A DNA stretch of 64,000 nucleotides from an uncultured marine group III euryarchaeote (GTDB taxonomy: Archaea; Thermoplasmatota; Poseidoniia; MGIII; CG-Epi1), in assembly GCA_902627615.1 (NCBI GenBank), contig CACOJW010000002.1, positions 26,971 through 90,970 of the forward strand, in the 5' to 3' direction. Made by a program: the position numbers and the translations under genes. Below the pieces are notes generated by a model. That model did no database searches and had not been told where the DNA came from. It saw only the letters and a list, made by a program, of their open reading frames with translations. Below are positions 62,008 through 64,000 of this stretch, piece by piece (the first letter of the stretch is position 1; the number at the start of each line of letters is the position of its first letter).

Positions 62008-62249
62008 TTAGCCACCGCAATAGAATAATCATGAACTACAGGATTTGCTAGTAATCGTTGACACATTTTTTCGGCTTCAGAAAGAGCATATTTTTCATCG
62101 CCTTCTATAACGACTCTGTAGCATTTAGCTGATTTGACAGTATCAATATTTTCAAAACCTAAAAGGTTTAATGCTTTTTGGACATTCGCACCTTCAGGAT
62201 CCGCCATTCCTGATTTCAATCCGATTCTTATTTCGATTTCAGTAGACAT
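62004..62249 (-). CDS. purS: Phosphoribosylformylglycinamidine synthase subunit PurS
   Basis: 81 aa with LKSGMADPEGANVQKALNLLGF, a typical PurS block. Located immediately upstream of purL. Confidence 0.9.
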   Translation of the reverse strand: MSTEIEIRIGLKSGMADPEGANVQKALNLLGFENIDTVKSAKCYRVVIEGDEKYALSEAEKMCQRLLANPVVHDYSIAVAN

Positions 62250-62306
62250 AAAACTCTGAATTTCACAGATAAAACTAGGAATAAAAATTAAACGGCTACT
62301 AATTAC

Positions 62307-62807
62307 CTAAATGACATTGGATTGAATCATAATCAATAATAGAATTAACGTTTGAATTCCGGCAGCAACGTCGTCTAGAATGATACCATGCCCCCCTTCT
62401 AATTTTTCTAGATCTTTTGCGGGCCATATTTTTAAAACATCGAAAATTCTAAAAAATAAAAAAGATAATATCCATAGGGTTTGATTCATATTTATTCCAA
62501 ATAGTAACAAAGATCCAATCGCAATCAAGTATCCTATGACTTCATCAATTACATAGATTCCAGGATCTTTGCCATATTTTTTTTCGCACCAAGGCGCAAT
62601 TTGCATTCCACCATAGTATATAATTCCAGCTAGTAACATCAATAAGTAAGCACTATACTCTAAAACATTCTCAACAATAAAGTAAGCTACAATCAAGGCT
62701 CCAAGTGAACCAAAAGTACCTGGTGCCAATGGAGATTTCCCAAGAAATAGAAAGGAGATGAATCCTTCTTTAATGAAATCACTTTTTTCATTCATCTTTT
62801 GCCTCAT
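62307..62807 (-). CDS. pgpA: Phosphatidylglycerophosphatase A family protein
   Basis: PGTFGSLGA, DPGIYVIDEVIGY and FRIFDVLKIWP are PgpA blocks. Its start overlaps the upstream lipid synthase gene by 20 nt. Confidence 0.85.
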   Translation of the reverse strand: MRQKMNEKSDFIKEGFISFLFLGKSPLAPGTFGSLGALIVAYFIVENVLEYSAYLLMLLAGIIYYGGMQIAPWCEKKYGKDPGIYVIDEVIGYLIAIGSLLLFGINMNQTLWILSFLFFRIFDVLKIWPAKDLEKLEGGHGIILDDVAAGIQTLILLLIMIQSNVI

Positions 62808-63417
62808 TCCAGAAATGCAGCATTCGTTGTAGCGCCGTTAAATTTCCTAAAATAGCTAATATGGCAACAACAATAGTGATGATAGTCTCTACATTACCTA
62901 CAAGTTCTCCAATTAATAGTCCCATTCCTAAGACAAACCATCTTTCAGGTCTCTCAATTAATCCTATACCTTCCTGTGATACGCCTAATCTTTCTGCGGC
63001 TGCACGGCAGTATGAGGTTTGAAATGCACCAACCATTGCAGCCATTGCCCACATCTGCCCTGAAATAAAGTCTAAAGAATCAATGGGTAATGGTTTCACC
63101 CAATTACAAAGAACTAGCGCACTAAACGCAATGCAATCAGCATATCTGTCTAAAGTTGCATCAAGATAGCCACCTCTTATCGAAGTAGTCTTTGTAGCTC
63201 TAGCTACTAAACCATCAGCACCATCAAGTAAACAAGCAACAAGCCCAATTGAAAAAGCATAGTATATTTTTTGATCGTATAGTAACCATGATGCATAAAA
63301 CGTCAAAGTCAGACCCATTATAGTTATATGATTTGGCTTTATTCCTAAGCTTCCAAGAAATTTTCCTAAGGGGTCCAATACTTTTCCTGCGGTAGTTTTT
63401 AGTGTTTTACTAAGCAT
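62788..63417 (-). CDS. CDP-alcohol phosphatidyltransferase (archaetidylglycerophosphate/inositol-phosphate synthase type)
   Basis: Signature D-G-x2-A-R-x8-G-x3-D-x3-D read as DGLVARATKTTSIRGGYLDATLDRYAD. Multi-TM protein. Confidence 0.88.
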   Translation of the reverse strand: MLSKTLKTTAGKVLDPLGKFLGSLGIKPNHITIMGLTLTFYASWLLYDQKIYYAFSIGLVACLLDGADGLVARATKTTSIRGGYLDATLDRYADCIAFSALVLCNWVKPLPIDSLDFISGQMWAMAAMVGAFQTSYCRAAAERLGVSQEGIGLIERPERWFVLGMGLLIGELVGNVETIITIVVAILAILGNLTALQRMLHFWNEAKDE

Positions 63418-63476
63418 GATGTTATTGAGGCAGGGGAGTGGTTATTTTAGTCCCTTCCGTAGTGAGGTAATTACAC

Positions 63477-64000
63477 ATGGACCGTGACTTGATAAAACAG
63501 CAATTAAAACATACTTTAGAAGAAACTAATTTTGATGATCAAGGAGAACTGTACAGAGGTAAAGTTCGAGACAATTATATCAATGAAGATACTATAACAA
63601 TGGTAACGACCGATAGAATATCTGCTTTTGATAGAGTATTAGGTACAGTTCCATTCAAAGGGCAAGCTTTAGTTGAATTGGCAGATTGGTGGTTTGGCGA
63701 GACTGCAGACATAGTTGCTAATCATGTTATGAGGCGCCCTCATCCTAATGTGTGGACTGTGAGGAGATGCGACCCTATACAAGTAGAAATGGTGGTTAGA
63801 GGATACATAACGGGTGTAACTTCAACTTCTGCTTGGACTGCATATGAAAAAGGAGACAGAAATTTTTGTGGAAATGAGTTACCTGATGGAATGAGAAAAA
63901 ATGAGAAGTTACCCGAACCCATTATTACACCTTCAACAAAAGCAGCTAAAGGAGATCATGACGAGTCAGTACCACCTTCAGAATTATACAAGAGAGGTGT
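63477..64000 (+). CDS. purC: Phosphoribosylaminoimidazole-succinocarboxamide synthase (SAICAR synthetase), N-terminal part only
   Basis: Not in the ORF track (it runs off the window). Hand translation from ATG 63477 gives MDRDLIKQQ...[10 protein letters not shown]...[11 protein letters not shown]...VVRGYITG..., and the frame stays open to 64000. Confidence 0.9.
   Translation, partial: MDRDLIKQQLKHTLEETNFDDQGELYRGKVRDNYINEDTITMVTTDRISAFDRVLGTVPFKGQALVELADWWFGETADIVANHVMRRPHPNVWTVRRCDPIQVEMVVRGYITGVTSTSAWTAYEKGDRNFCGNELPDGMRKNEKLPEPIITPSTKAAKGDHDESVPPSELYKRG

Noticed and set aside
1-64000. Search for mobile elements, CRISPR arrays, toxin-antitoxin or known defence systems
   Set aside because: No transposase, integrase or recombinase motifs, no regularly spaced identical repeats and no Cas-like proteins were recognisable. 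The Fic-like gene is the only TA/defence-associated fold; it has a degenerate active site, and no small partner gene was recognised.

Overview
AT-rich, very tightly packed archaeal chromosomal segment. The archaeal assignment rests on a TATA-binding protein, aIF5A, TATA boxes about 25 nt upstream of genes and tRNAs, an SMC-ScpA-ScpB operon and CDP-alcohol phosphatidyltransferase lipid genes. The huge FG-GAP/PKD/MAM-like surface proteins and the amino-acid ABC importer fit a marine planktonic euryarchaeon of the Marine Group II (Poseidoniales) type, but that placement is inference only. I support about 55 protein genes, two of them edge-truncated and missing from the ORF track, plus 3 tRNAs with encoded CCA: Ser-GCU, Arg-UCU and Leu-CAA. 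I saw no rRNA, CRISPR array, transposase, integrase or recognisable defence system. Housekeeping content includes folP, smc-scpA-scpB-tatA, arsC, a four-gene polar amino-acid ABC importer, a phosphate module (SixA-like, AbrB-PhoU, Pit, DUF47), metG, tbp, aIF5A-speB, pdxT, purL/purS/purC and pgsA-like/pgpA. The most interesting signals are: (1) a 2380-aa surface protein carrying a complete type-1 blue-copper (cupredoxin) domain, with a 1376-aa paralogue that shares its N-terminal module and repeated MAM-like modules marked by YYGNP(L/I)RG; (2) a three-gene extracytoplasmic thiol-redox cluster, made of two paralogous surface-anchored CxxC thioredoxin-fold proteins and a TlpA-like thioredoxin fused to a CcdA/DsbD membrane electron conduit; (3) a Fic-fold gene whose catalytic His is replaced, sitting at the head of the smc-scpAB-tatA string; (4) a tandem family of 4-TM membrane modules, one gene being an internal duplication, downstream of a DEAD-box helicase; (5) zinc ribbons attached to several membrane proteins, and PGF-CTERM-like tails next to a rhomboid protease. 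All calls come from by-eye motif recognition on the supplied translations and my own hand translation. No database search, HMM scan or folding was possible.
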